A DNA stretch of 64,000 nt from Clostridia bacterium (GCA_017504405.1 JAFVRG010000002.1:39278-103277); one strand, 5' to 3'. Positions 8,449 through 18,568 are shown, numbered from the stretch's first letter. Notes: a model not told the origin generated them from the sequence alone. Numbers and translations are program-made.

Positions 8449-10824
8449 ATGAAATATCTTTCAGATGAGGACAGAATATTTATGTCCGCACCCGAGCTTA
8501 TCGAAATTTCAATACGCCGCTCTCTTGCCTTTTATCTTCCCGAGGAGGCGGGACGGCTCAAGCGTGCTTCTATTGCCGAGAGAGAGCTTTTTTTAAGCAC
8601 ACGGGCTGATTTTACATTCGATTTTGACTTCGAGCTACTCGACAATCGCTTCCGCATAAGCATATCTCCCGACCTCTTGGACGGGGATGAAATAACATAT
8701 ATTTTTTCAGTCAGCCACGCCCCTGCTGAAATAGATAAAGAGGAGGCAAAGCGTGCAAGGGGTGAGGCGTTTCTCTGCGCCTATGCTCTCACTCAGACAA
8801 AAAAAATCAAATCCCCAAAAATTAAAATAATATACGTTGACGAGGAGAGCGGGGAGAGCTATACCGCAAGGGAAAATCCGAGCGAAAAGATGCTATCAAA
8901 ATTTTTCGCAAAGCTATCGGGTGCCGCTATTGCCTTTGCTCACGGAGAAATAGAGCGTGTTTCCCTGCGACTGCCGTCAATGAAGCAGATTCGTTTTCCG
9001 TATAAAAGCATACGTGACGGTCAGAGTGATTTTATAGAGAGTGTATACCGTGCGATAAAGCGCAAAAGAGTTTTATTTGCGGCAGCGCCGACGGGAACGG
9101 GAAAAACCGTTTCGGTTTTATACCCCGCAATCAGAGCTATGGGTGACGGGGAAATAGATAAGATATTCTATCTCACGTCGAAAACCACAGGCGCAAAATC
9201 CGTTGTAGATGCGATAGATGCTCTCACGGCAAAGGGCGCACAGATACGTGCCTGTCAGATAATTGCGAAGGACAGGGTGTGCCATATGAAAACTGTATGC
9301 CGTGAGGACTCACATGCCTGTCCATTCACCCGTGTTTCAAACGAGAAGCAGGATATTGCTCTTTCACGGCTTTGGGAGCTTGAAAAAACCGTCGTTTTAC
9401 GTGAGGATTTTTTGCGTATAGCAAAGGAAATAGGCGTGTGCCCCTATGAGTTATCCCTGGATTACAGCCAGAGGTGTGACGTTATCGTATGCGATTATAA
9501 TTACCTTTTTGACATACGGGTATACCTACATAGATATTTTGACGAGAAGGGTCGCTACTGCTTCCTCATAGACGAGGCGCACAATCTGCTCGAAAGGGCA
9601 CGTGAGCTGTATTCCGCCGAGCTGAGACTGTCTGATATAAACGCTTTGACCCAAGAGTTGCCCGACGGCTCGTTTACCGAGGATGCGCAAAAGCTCGCCC
9701 ACATAATTTCAAATGCCGTTCATAGAGAAACAAAGGACAGCACACGGGAGCTCCCCACGGGAGAGACGGTCGGCTTTTTTTCATCGTCGGAGTTTCCCTC
9801 AGATGTGCGCCGTGCCTCTATAAAATTTGCGCAAAGGTGCCGCACACTGCTCTCGGACAAGGAAAAGCTGAAGGGCGTTTCACAGGACACCGTGAGGGCT
9901 ATAAGGGGCTATTATTACACCCTCGACACGTTTATTTCCCGTCTGTGGCTTTACGGAAGGCAATTCAAGACGTTTTATGAGAAAACCGAGAACGAGCTCA
10001 GCATTAAGAGCGTATGTCTGGACCCCGGAGAAATACTCAAAAGCAAGCTATCGCTCGGCACAAGCGCCGTTCTTTTTTCCGCAACAATGCATCCGCTCGA
10101 CTATTATAAAACGGTACTCGGCGGTGACAGAAACGATGACGAGCTGGAAATCCCATCGCCATTTGACCCAGACAGGCTGTGCATAACGGTAATGGATAAA
10201 ATCAGAACCTCATACTCTGCAAGAGAGGAGAGCCTGTTTGAAATCTGCGAGGTAATCTACGAGGCATTTTCTGCAAAAGAGGGAAATTATATGGTGTTTG
10301 CTCCGAGCTTTGCATACGCCGAGGCTATACACGAGGCGTTTTGCGAGGCATTTCCCGAAATACCCACCGTAATCCAAAAAAGAAGCATGAGCGTTAAGGA
10401 GCGAGAGAGCTTTCTCTCCAATTTCACACCAAATTCAGAGGGGGTTGTGGGATTTTGCGTGCTCGGCGGTATATATTCAGAGGGAATCGACCTCGTTGGC
10501 GAATCGCTGATAGGTGCAATCATAGTTGGAGTAGGTATACCTCAGCTCTCAAACGAGAGAGAGGCTATCCGTGAGTATTTTGACGACAAGCTGGAAATGG
10601 GCACCGAATATGCCTACACAAACCCGGGAATGAACAGGGTTTTACAGGCGGCGGGCAGAGTTATCCGCCGAGAGGATGACAGAGGCGTTATAATTCTCAT
10701 TGACGAGCGCTTCTCCGCCCGTCCGTACCGCAAAATATTCCCCGAGCATTGGCACGGGCTGAAATACGCGGGCGACATCGAGGCTCTGGCAACTCTGCTA
10801 TACCGTTTCTGGAACAATGAATAA
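8449..10824 (+). CDS. DinG/Rad3/XPD-family Fe-S ATP-dependent DNA helicase
   Basis: APTGTGKT, four Fe-S cysteines including CPY, DYNYLF, DEAHNL, SAT, SEGID, QAAGRVIR. Confidence 0.9.
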   Translation: MKYLSDEDRIFMSAPELIEISIRRSLAFYLPEEAGRLKRASIAERELFLSTRADFTFDFDFELLDNRFRISISPDLLDGDEITYIFSVSHAPAEIDKEEAKRARGEAFLCAYALTQTKKIKSPKIKIIYVDEESGESYTARENPSEKMLSKFFAKLSGAAIAFAHGEIERVSLRLPSMKQIRFPYKSIRDGQSDFIESVYRAIKRKRVLFAAAPTGTGKTVSVLYPAIRAMGDGEIDKIFYLTSKTTGAKSVVDAIDALTAKGAQIRACQIIAKDRVCHMKTVCREDSHACPFTRVSNEKQDIALSRLWELEKTVVLREDFLRIAKEIGVCPYELSLDYSQRCDVIVCDYNYLFDIRVYLHRYFDEKGRYCFLIDEAHNLLERARELYSAELRLSDINALTQELPDGSFTEDAQKLAHIISNAVHRETKDSTRELPTGETVGFFSSSEFPSDVRRASIKFAQRCRTLLSDKEKLKGVSQDTVRAIRGYYYTLDTFISRLWLYGRQFKTFYEKTENELSIKSVCLDPGEILKSKLSLGTSAVLFSATMHPLDYYKTVLGGDRNDDELEIPSPFDPDRLCITVMDKIRTSYSAREESLFEICEVIYEAFSAKEGNYMVFAPSFAYAEAIHEAFCEAFPEIPTVIQKRSMSVKERESFLSNFTPNSEGVVGFCVLGGIYSEGIDLVGESLIGAIIVGVGIPQLSNEREAIREYFDDKLEMGTEYAYTNPGMNRVLQAAGRVIRREDDRGVIILIDERFSARPYRKIFPEHWHGLKYAGDIEALATLLYRFWNNE

Positions 10825-10856
10825 TAGCGCCGCTCCCTTTCGGCATAACAGCAGAC

Positions 10857-10930
10857 AAAAAAGCGAGGTACACAACCTCGCTTTTTATTTTTTCGCTACA
10901 AAAGTTTTTGCTAAGCTTTTTACAAAAAGC
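10857..10930 (-). repeat. Intergenic palindromic repeat family A, copy 1
   Basis: Reverse complement aligns with 18431-18509 (GCTTTTTG..AAAAA.CTTAGCAAAAACTTTTG..AAAAATAAA.GCG.GG..CCTCGC.TTT). Confidence 0.7.
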
Positions 10931-10941
10931 GTTTATTCCTT

Positions 10942-12057
10942 TTACATAAGCAAGCTTTTGAGTGTGGGATACAAAGCCTCTGCCCATGCAGCTCCACCCT
11001 CGCTGTTGGGGTGACCGCCGTATTTTGCAATATTTCTATGCTCACTGTCCGCACACAGTACAGGCACGCAGTCAAATACCGCATCAACCGCCTGTGAAAG
11101 CTCGTTCTCTATATACTCGTTTACCTCATTCCATTTTTCCGTCACAGCCTCGGAATAGTTAAACGGGGGTACGGTCTGCAAAAGCACCGTCAGTCCTGCG
11201 TTTTTAAGTATGTAAACTATTGTTGACAAATCCTTTTTTAACTGGGATGCTGATGCCCCTTGCAGTAGGTCGTTGACGCCGTAGCACACAACTATAACGT
11301 CATTTTGCTTTGCCTTATAGAGCCATGCGCCGTTGCTCGCCGCATCACTCGCTCTGCCGTAGCCGAGCCCTAAATTCCAATAGGAATAGCCCTCTCCAAT
11401 CATCTCGGATACACGTGCATTCCAATGCTCGTATGAATTTATCGGAGCGCCTATACCCTGGGTTATAGAATCACCGAGGTACGCAACTCTCTTTTCCACT
11501 TTGCGGTCACAGCCAATCATTGCGGGAAACGGTATATCGGTTGAATATTTCCAGCCGCCCTCTGCTTTTATAAACGAGGGCATTCTCGTTTCGGGGTGAT
11601 TGGGTATCATTTTGCCCTCATAGGTTATTTCAAGGCAGAGGTATTCACCCTTCTCAAACGATAGGGGGGTGGGGTCTGTTGCGAAAAATTCACCGGGCGC
11701 AACGGTTTTTTCGGTTTTACCGCCAAAGGTCAGGGGTATAAAATCAGATAGCTCTATTCCATACTTATCGGTAAACTCGTCGTACATATCATCGGTCTGA
11801 CCGAATGTACACAGCCTCGTTTTCGCCGCCTTTATCTCCTTTATCTGCCACTCGTCACACACTATGTTTTTGTGACTTTTTGAGCCGTCGGCAAAGGTGC
11901 TGTCGATTATATTGTTAAAGAGAATTGAATAATTATATTCTCCACCAACGCTTATTTTATAAAAAATCCTGCCTGTCTTTACGCCCTCTGAGCAAAAGAA
12001 ATTCTGGCTACCGCTACCCGCATAGGTGTTCGACACAAATTTTTCAAAGTATTTCAT
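10942..12057 (-). CDS. SGNH/GDSL hydrolase
   Basis: GDSITQG, GVND and GHPN motifs in the C-terminal domain. Confidence 0.85.
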   Translation of the reverse strand: MKYFEKFVSNTYAGSGSQNFFCSEGVKTGRIFYKISVGGEYNYSILFNNIIDSTFADGSKSHKNIVCDEWQIKEIKAAKTRLCTFGQTDDMYDEFTDKYGIELSDFIPLTFGGKTEKTVAPGEFFATDPTPLSFEKGEYLCLEITYEGKMIPNHPETRMPSFIKAEGGWKYSTDIPFPAMIGCDRKVEKRVAYLGDSITQGIGAPINSYEHWNARVSEMIGEGYSYWNLGLGYGRASDAASNGAWLYKAKQNDVIVVCYGVNDLLQGASASQLKKDLSTIVYILKNAGLTVLLQTVPPFNYSEAVTEKWNEVNEYIENELSQAVDAVFDCVPVLCADSEHRNIAKYGGHPNSEGGAAWAEALYPTLKSLLM

Positions 12058-12869
12058 AAATTATCCTCGTAATACGGCTTTTCTATATCAAGGTCACGCT
12101 TGACAATCGCCATAAAGCGGTTCATCTCACAGTAGAAGAAGTCGCCAACCCTCTCGATTTCGTGCGCGGTCAGCAACGCCCCGTCCTTTGCGGTGCGGTT
12201 CCTGAGTGCTTTAACGGGCATAAAAAGAATATGTACATCGTTATCCTTTTGCTCAAATTCGGGTATTTTAACCACCCTCTCGCCCTTTGGGGAGAGAACA
12301 TACGAGCTTACCCAGAATATGCGGCTGCCCCACGGATGGTACTCAAAAACCTCTCCGTTTTTCAGGTGAAATCTGAGCACGGGGGTTGCTATTTTCCCGG
12401 GAGAGGACTTAGTTAGGCAATAATAATCACGATTTATAAGTGTGAAAACTCTCCTGTTCGGAAATACCACATCAATAAAATGCAAATGATAGGTTTTGCC
12501 GTTATCCTCGATAATTACATCGCTTTTTTTGCTGACACCGAAAAGCGAGGCAAAAGGGAATCTGCCTATTTTGAAGCTCTCGCCATGGACAAGAGTCAAT
12601 CTGGCAAGCGATATATATAGCCTAACCCTCTTGAAAACATATTTTATTGTCGGAATTACATAGCGGAAAAATGCAAAAATCGCTATAACGAACAGGATAA
12701 AGCCAAAAATCAATATAAGATTAGTTGGGTTGAAAAATGTTTCTGAAAACTTATTCCCAAATATAATTCCCATGCCCCACGCCAGCAGGACGAAGGGGAA
12801 CAGTACCGTCGAAAACAGCAAAAGAGCGACAAGCACAACGATAAGAATTAAATGCAACCGTTTTTTCAT
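12054..12869 (-). CDS. Hypothetical membrane protein (2 N-terminal TM helices)
   Basis: Long ORF with GGAGG RBS; its stop overlaps the next start (ATGA). Confidence 0.7.
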   Translation of the reverse strand: MKKRLHLILIVVLVALLLFSTVLFPFVLLAWGMGIIFGNKFSETFFNPTNLILIFGFILFVIAIFAFFRYVIPTIKYVFKRVRLYISLARLTLVHGESFKIGRFPFASLFGVSKKSDVIIEDNGKTYHLHFIDVVFPNRRVFTLINRDYYCLTKSSPGKIATPVLRFHLKNGEVFEYHPWGSRIFWVSSYVLSPKGERVVKIPEFEQKDNDVHILFMPVKALRNRTAKDGALLTAHEIERVGDFFYCEMNRFMAIVKRDLDIEKPYYEDNL

Positions 12870-12908
12870 AGTTTTTCCCTCCATTACAGTAAAAGCTAAC
12901 TCTGCTTA

Positions 12909-13065
12909 AAATACGCCGAGCTCGGTTGGAAGCACACAAAGGCGCAAAGAGTTATCAAGCGCATGGGGCGCCGTAGATTTTGAGTGAATTTTTGTGATTT
13001 CAACCCGAAGGCGTATAGAATACGCCAAGCTTGGTTGAAAGCGCAGAAAGGCGCCAAAAGATACA
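12909..13065. repeat. Intergenic structured repeat family B (one full copy plus a partial tandem copy)
   Basis: TACGCCGAGCTCGGTTGGAAGCACACAAAGGCGC (12912) vs TACGCCAAGCTTGGTTGAAAGCGCAGAAAGGCGC (13021); related copy at 50211. Confidence 0.65.
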
Positions 13066-13074
13066 AGCCCCTCT

Positions 13075-13629
13075 TTATTCCTCGGAATATTCGGCGATAT
13101 ACGGGAGGCTACGGTAGTATTCTCCGCAATCAAGTCCGTAGCCTATAACGAATAAGTCGGGAATGGTGAAGAGCGACATATCGGGTGTGAAATCCACTAA
13201 TCTCCTCGACGGCTTGTCGAGCAAGGTTATTACGTGGAGAGAAATGGGATTGCGTCCCTTGAGCAGCTGAACTATATCGTTGAGCGTTCTGCCCGTATCT
13301 ACTATATCCTCTATAATTACGACGTGATAGCCGCTTATATCTCTGTCGAGGTCCATCGTTATCTGAACGACGCCCGACGATTGAGTGCCCTCGTAATAGC
13401 TCTTGGCGCACATAAATCCTATTTCACACGGAACGCTCACAGCACGGCATATGTCAGCCATGAAAACAAATGCGCCCTTGAGAATGCTGACAAGCAATAT
13501 AGGTCTTCCGTCATACAGCTTATCTATCTCCTTGCCCGCCTTTTTAATCGCTTCGTCGATTTCTTCCTTTGTTATTATTATTTTTTTAATTCTCGAATTA
13601 AAATCCTCAATAGAACTGATAGCCTTCAT
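13075..13629 (-). CDS. hpt: Hypoxanthine phosphoribosyltransferase
   Basis: ILKGAFVFMAD, IIEDIVDTGRTL, FVIGYGLD. Confidence 0.93.
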   Translation of the reverse strand: MKAISSIEDFNSRIKKIIITKEEIDEAIKKAGKEIDKLYDGRPILLVSILKGAFVFMADICRAVSVPCEIGFMCAKSYYEGTQSSGVVQITMDLDRDISGYHVVIIEDIVDTGRTLNDIVQLLKGRNPISLHVITLLDKPSRRLVDFTPDMSLFTIPDLFVIGYGLDCGEYYRSLPYIAEYSEE

Positions 13630-13699
13630 ATTTACCTCTCTCTAAGTGATAAAATAATTGTAGCATAAATAAGGTGTATTCTAACAGTATAAAATATTT

Positions 13700-14452
13700 T
13701 TATCCAAGCAAAACGTCGGTTACAAGCATTATGCAAAAGCCGACCAACAATGCGTAGGTAGCCCCACGCTGATGCCCGTGAGCGTGAGTTTCTGGTATCA
13801 TCTCGTCGCTTATAACATAGAGCATAGTACCGCCCGCAAATGCGAGGGCAAACGGCAGCACCGCCGAGGCAATACTCACCGCAAAATATCCTAAAAGAGT
13901 TCCTAAAACCTCAATAACTCCCGTAAGAGATGCCAAAAGAAAGGTTTTTCTCGGTTTAACTCCGACAGCGAGCATAGGTCCTATAATTACCATACCCTCG
14001 GGTATATTCTGTAGCGCAATACCGCCCGCAAGCATGAGCGCATCTGCCGTGTTCCCCGAGCCAAAGCCAACGCCTGCCGCAATTCCCTCGGGCAGATTGT
14101 GTATGGCGATAGCCATAACGAAAAGGAGCACCTTTCCGGCGCTTTTATTGCTGTGCTCCTCATTATCCACACCGACAAGCTTATGCAGGTGAGGAACGAG
14201 CCTGTCCGCAAGGGATAGGCATACAGCACCAACAAAAATACCCCCAACGGTGATAAGAAGCCCCCATTTCCCGCCAAATTCAACCGAGGGAATTATCAGC
14301 CCCAGCACCGCCGCCGCAAGCATGACTCCTGCGGCAAAGGATAGTACTATATCCGAAAAGGTGTGGGAAAAACGCTTGAATATAAATCCAATAACAGCTC
14401 CGATGACGGTAGCACCGCCAACTCCGAGAGCTGTGAGCAAAACCAACTCCAT
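13700..14452 (-). CDS. ZIP-family metal transporter (ZupT/GufA-like)
   Basis: SFAAGVML, HNLPEG, QNIPEG, DEMIPE. Confidence 0.9.
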   Translation of the reverse strand: MELVLLTALGVGGATVIGAVIGFIFKRFSHTFSDIVLSFAAGVMLAAAVLGLIIPSVEFGGKWGLLITVGGIFVGAVCLSLADRLVPHLHKLVGVDNEEHSNKSAGKVLLFVMAIAIHNLPEGIAAGVGFGSGNTADALMLAGGIALQNIPEGMVIIGPMLAVGVKPRKTFLLASLTGVIEVLGTLLGYFAVSIASAVLPFALAFAGGTMLYVISDEMIPETHAHGHQRGATYALLVGFCIMLVTDVLLG

Positions 14453-14470
14453 ATTTCTCTCCTATTATGT

Positions 14471-14497
14471 AAAGCTCCCCCTTTAAGAGGGAGCTCT
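14471..14497 (-). terminator. Hairpin/terminator after rubredoxin
   Basis: Minus strand AGAGCTCCCTCTTAAAGGGGGAGCTTT. Confidence 0.55.
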
Positions 14498-14501
14498 GCA
14501 T

Positions 14502-14660
14502 TTACGCCTCCGAGAAGCTGTCCTTGCCTGCTCCGCAGAGGGGGCACTCAAAGTCGTCGGGAAGATCCTCAAACTTGGTTCCGGGCGCTATTCCGTTCTC
14601 AGGTGAGCCCTCTGCCTCGTCGTACTCCCAACCGCAAAGGTCGCATACATACTTTTTCAT
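14502..14660 (-). CDS. Rubredoxin, 52 aa (absent from ORF track)
   Basis: Manual translation [52 protein letters not shown]; two CxxC motifs, GGAGG RBS. Confidence 0.95.
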   Translation of the reverse strand: MKKYVCDLCGWEYDEAEGSPENGIAPGTKFEDLPDDFECPLCGAGKDSFSEA

Positions 14661-14680
14661 AACAGTATCCTCCAAAAAAA

Positions 14681-16471
14681 TTATTTTATAGGTTCAAAAT
14701 CAGCGGCGCCGTGCTTGCAAAGCGGGCAAATGAAATCCTCGGGAAGAGGATCGCCCTCATACACGTATCCGCATATTTTACATACATAGCCCTTTTTGCC
14801 CTCGGTTTTGGGCTTGGGCTTTACGTTGTTCTGATAATAGGTATACGTCATAGTTTCCCTGTCCGAAAGCACACGTGCCTCGGTAACGGAGCATATAAAC
14901 ATTCCGTGAGTGTCAAGGTCTATATATTGCTCAACCTCAAGCGACATAAAGGAGTTTATATACCTCGGCAGGAAAACAAGCCCGTTATCGGAATAAAGAG
15001 GCTCGCAGTCCTTGAACTTATCCACGTTTCTGCCGCTCTGGAAGCCGAAGGTTTCAAACACCTTGAAGGGGGCGTCAACCGTAAGGCAGTTAATGTTCAT
15101 CTTGCCCGTCTGCTTGATTACGTGATGCGAATAATTCTGCTTGTTTATCGTAACCGCTATTCTATTCGGTGTATTCGTCACCTGTGTGACGGTGTTAACG
15201 ATAAGTCCGTTATCCTTTTTACCGTCATTTGAGGTTACAACGTACAGACCGTATCCGATATTGAAAAGAGCAGTGAGGTCGTTTTTGTTGGCGGTCTCGC
15301 TCTGTCTTGCAAGATATTCACGGCAGAGCTCACCTGCAAGAGCATTGAGCTGCTCGGTGCTGTCCTCATTCAGAGCAGACAGTATCTTAACCGTCGTATC
15401 GGTAAAGGTGAGGTTTTTGCACTTTGAGAGCATCTCTCTCATAACCTTAGCCGCAAGAGGTGCCCAGCTTCCGTTTTCAACGAGCGCAACAGTTCTGTTG
15501 CTGTAATTGCGCTCTGTCAGGTGATTTATAAATTCACGCATAAACGGGAAAATGTCGGCGTTGTAGGTGGTTGTAGCCAAAACGAGCTTGCTGTATCTGA
15601 ATGCGTCCTCCACTGCCTCCGCCATATCGGTTCTGGCGAGGTCGTGAATTACAACCTTGGGCGCACCGTTTGCCTCAAGCTTTTCTTTAAGCTGCATAAC
15701 AGCCTTTTTCGTATTTCCGTAAACCGAGGTGTACGCTATCACAACGCCGTCGTCCTCGGGCTGATAGCTCGACCAGGTGTTGTAAAGACCGATATAATAT
15801 CCGAGATTTTCTGTGAGCACAGGGCCGTGCAGAGGGCAGATTATCTGAATATCGAGCCCTGCCGCCTTTTTGAGCAATGCCTGTACCTGCGCACCGTATT
15901 TTCCGACAATTCCTATATAGTAGCGACGTGCCTCGCAAGCCCATTCCTCGTCGGCATCGAGCGCACCAAACTTGCCAAAGCCGTCAGCGGAGAAAAGCAC
16001 CTTATCCGTGCTATCGTAGGTGACTATAACCTCGGGCCAATGCACCATCGGAGCGCATACAAACGTAAGGCTGTGCTTGCCAAGTGAGAGGGTATCGCCC
16101 TCGCCGACAACTACCTGCCTGTCGGAGAAATCGTTGCCGAAGAAGTTTTTCATCATAACAAAAGCCTTCGCCGACGAAACTATTTTGGCATCGGGATAAG
16201 CCTTTACAAAGTTAACTATGTTTGCGGAGTGGTCAGGCTCCATATGCTGAATGATGAGATAATCCGGCTTTCTTCCGCCGAGAGCCTCCTGCAAATTATC
16301 CAGCCACTCGTGCGTGAAGCTCGCATCAACGGTATCCATAACCGCTATTTTTTCATCAATAATTACGTATGAATTGTAGGCAATTCCGTTGGGAACCTCA
16401 TACTGTCCCTCGAATAAATCAATCTTTCTGTCATTGACACCTATATATTTTATATCGTCCGTTATTCTCAT
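14681..16471 (-). CDS. Flavodiiron protein (FprA-type) fused to flavin-reductase and C-terminal rubredoxin domains
   Basis: HMEPDHS, HWPE, SADGFG, HGP metallo-beta-lactamase ligands; flavodoxin YTSVYGNT; IGYGLYVVT...DTHGMF flavin reductase; CKICG...CPLCKH. Confidence 0.9.
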   Translation of the reverse strand: MRITDDIKYIGVNDRKIDLFEGQYEVPNGIAYNSYVIIDEKIAVMDTVDASFTHEWLDNLQEALGGRKPDYLIIQHMEPDHSANIVNFVKAYPDAKIVSSAKAFVMMKNFFGNDFSDRQVVVGEGDTLSLGKHSLTFVCAPMVHWPEVIVTYDSTDKVLFSADGFGKFGALDADEEWACEARRYYIGIVGKYGAQVQALLKKAAGLDIQIICPLHGPVLTENLGYYIGLYNTWSSYQPEDDGVVIAYTSVYGNTKKAVMQLKEKLEANGAPKVVIHDLARTDMAEAVEDAFRYSKLVLATTTYNADIFPFMREFINHLTERNYSNRTVALVENGSWAPLAAKVMREMLSKCKNLTFTDTTVKILSALNEDSTEQLNALAGELCREYLARQSETANKNDLTALFNIGYGLYVVTSNDGKKDNGLIVNTVTQVTNTPNRIAVTINKQNYSHHVIKQTGKMNINCLTVDAPFKVFETFGFQSGRNVDKFKDCEPLYSDNGLVFLPRYINSFMSLEVEQYIDLDTHGMFICSVTEARVLSDRETMTYTYYQNNVKPKPKTEGKKGYVCKICGYVYEGDPLPEDFICPLCKHGAADFEPIK

Positions 16472-16622
16472 AACCTTTTCCTTCCAACGTATTTTATTAT
16501 ATTATAACATATTTTCCAAAAATAAAGCAATAATTTTATAAAAAATAATGGTGAAAATTCAGCGCAAGGACTGCGTCATAGGCATAACTGCGTCTCTGCC
16601 AATCCTTCATAGGTTGTTTTTG

Positions 16623-16651
16623 TTGACAACAGCCTCTTTTTGTGATAAAAT
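16623..16651 (+). promoter_or_regulatory. Sigma-A promoter
   Basis: TTGACA-17 nt-TAAAAT; implies the true start is ATG 16704. Confidence 0.65.
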
Positions 16652-16703
16652 ATATTTAGAATTTTCCGCCGGGACACCTCGGCGGTTATTTGCGGAGGAA
16701 ATT

Positions 16704-18071
16704 ATGAATTACGACGTTATAATCATCGGAGCAGGCCCCGGCGGTATATTCTCCGCCTACGAGCTCTCCCTGCAAAACCCCAATCTCAAGGTTGCTGTTT
16801 TTGAGGCGGGACATGCGCTCAGCAAGCGCCACTGTCCTATTGACGGCGACAAGATCAAAAGCTGTATAAACTGCAAAACCTGCTCGATTATGAGCGGCTT
16901 TGGCGGCGCAGGAGCTTTTTCTGACGGAAAATACAATATAACAAACGATTTTGGCGGAACACTGCACGAATATATTGGCAAGGAAAAGGCGCTTGACCTG
17001 ATGCGCTACGTCGATGAAATAAATATGCGCTACGGCGGCGAGGGAACAAAGCTATATTCTACCGCAGGCTCTAAATTTAAAAAGCAGTGTATTCAGCACA
17101 ACCTGCATCTTCTCGACGCATCGGTGCGCCACCTTGGCACGGATATAAACTATGTGGTGCTCGAAAACATATACGACTATCTTAAGGACAAGGTCGAATT
17201 TTTCTTCGACTGTCCCGTAACAAGGGTTGTAAAAACCGACGGGGGATTTGAGGTTTGCACGGAAAAGGATACGTTCACCTGCGAAAAGTGCATAATTTCG
17301 GTAGGAAGAAGCGGCAGCAAGTGGATGGAAAAGGTATGCTCCGAGCTTGGAATTGAAACAAATTCCAACCGAGTTGATATAGGCGTGCGTGTAGAGCTGC
17401 CCGCCGAGGTTTTCTCGCATCTGACAGATGAGCTTTATGAGAGCAAGATAGTTTACCGCACCGAAAAATACGCAGACAAGGTACGTACCTTCTGTATGAA
17501 CCCCAAGGGTGCTGTTGTTAATGAAAACACCAACGGAATTATAACGGTAAACGGACACAGCTACGAGGACCCCGAAAAGCAGACAGAGAACACAAATTTT
17601 GCCCTCCTGGTGGCGAAGCATTTTTCCGAGCCGTTTAAGGACTCAAACGGATACGGTGAATCAATTGCACGCCTTAGCAATATGCTCGGCGGCGGAGTTA
17701 TAGTTCAGCGCTTTGGCGACCTCATTCAGGGACGCCGTTCAACTCCGAGCAGAATAGAGGAGGCGTTTATCACGCCCACTCTCAAGGCAACGCCGGGAGA
17801 TTTGAGCCTCGTGCTTCCCAAACGAATACTTGACGGAATAATCGAGATGATTTACGCCCTTGATAAGATAGCGCCCGGAACGGCAAACGACGACACACTC
17901 CTTTACGGCGTTGAGGTTAAATTCTACAATATGGAGGTTGACGTTGACGAAAACCTCGAGTCCTGTCACAAGGGACTGTACGTCATAGGCGACGGCAGCG
18001 GAATCACCCATTCCCTCTCGCACGCCTCTGCAAGCGGTGTCTACGTCGCCCGCAAAATCGCAGCAAATTAA
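16704..18071 (+). CDS. NAD(P)/FAD-dependent oxidoreductase (uncharacterised FAD-dependent dehydrogenase family)
   Basis: IIGAGPGG, GFGGAGAFSDGK, VRTFCMNP, GDGSG; Cys cluster CPI..C.NC.TC. Confidence 0.85.
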   Translation: MNYDVIIIGAGPGGIFSAYELSLQNPNLKVAVFEAGHALSKRHCPIDGDKIKSCINCKTCSIMSGFGGAGAFSDGKYNITNDFGGTLHEYIGKEKALDLMRYVDEINMRYGGEGTKLYSTAGSKFKKQCIQHNLHLLDASVRHLGTDINYVVLENIYDYLKDKVEFFFDCPVTRVVKTDGGFEVCTEKDTFTCEKCIISVGRSGSKWMEKVCSELGIETNSNRVDIGVRVELPAEVFSHLTDELYESKIVYRTEKYADKVRTFCMNPKGAVVNENTNGIITVNGHSYEDPEKQTENTNFALLVAKHFSEPFKDSNGYGESIARLSNMLGGGVIVQRFGDLIQGRRSTPSRIEEAFITPTLKATPGDLSLVLPKRILDGIIEMIYALDKIAPGTANDDTLLYGVEVKFYNMEVDVDENLESCHKGLYVIGDGSGITHSLSHASASGVYVARKIAAN

Positions 18072-18104
18072 CAGAATTGCCTTCAATAAAAAGGATGAAA
18101 TTCT

Positions 18105-18359
18105 ATGAAAATTCGGAAGCAGTCTTACGGAAACGCTAACTTGGTAGAAAAAAACATCGAACGAATTCGCAAGCAAAGAGGCTTCAAGCAAAAGGATTTT
18201 ATAGCTCGGATGCAGATAATGGGCTGTGATATAAATCCGACCAGCTACTCTAAGCTTGAAGGACAAGTCAGAAGCGCCACTGACAAAGAAATTTTTGTGA
18301 TTGCTAAAATTCTTGGAGTATCAATGGAGGAATTGTTTTTCTCAGAGATTTCGCACTGA
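18105..18359 (+). CDS. XRE-family helix-turn-helix regulator
   Basis: NIERIRKQRGFKQKDF...YSKLEGQ.R...IAKILGVSMEELF. Confidence 0.8.
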   Translation: MKIRKQSYGNANLVEKNIERIRKQRGFKQKDFIARMQIMGCDINPTSYSKLEGQVRSATDKEIFVIAKILGVSMEELFFSEISH

Positions 18360-18430
18360 GAATTCAGCAAATTGGGATAAAATTAAAGTCACAGATTTTA
18401 TTCACCGCAAGGTAGATAGAAAGAACAGGT

Positions 18431-18509
18431 GCTTTTTGAAAAATCTTAGCAAAAACTTTTGCAAAGAAAAATAAAGGCGTGGCACAAAAAGTGCCTCGCC
18501 TTTATTTTT
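18431..18509 (+). repeat. Intergenic palindromic repeat family A, copy 2
   Basis: See copy 1; ends in hairpin AAATAAAGGCGTGGCAC-AAAAA-GTGCCTCGCCTTTATTT. Confidence 0.7.
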
Positions 18510-18568
18510 AAACGTATTTAATCGCAGATTTATTGCGTAGGGGCAACCCCTTATTGATTATGACGGGT

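Noticed and set aside
14460-14670. GC-rich 'intergenic' stretch first suspected to be a structured RNA
   Set aside because: It encodes a clear rubredoxin on the minus strand
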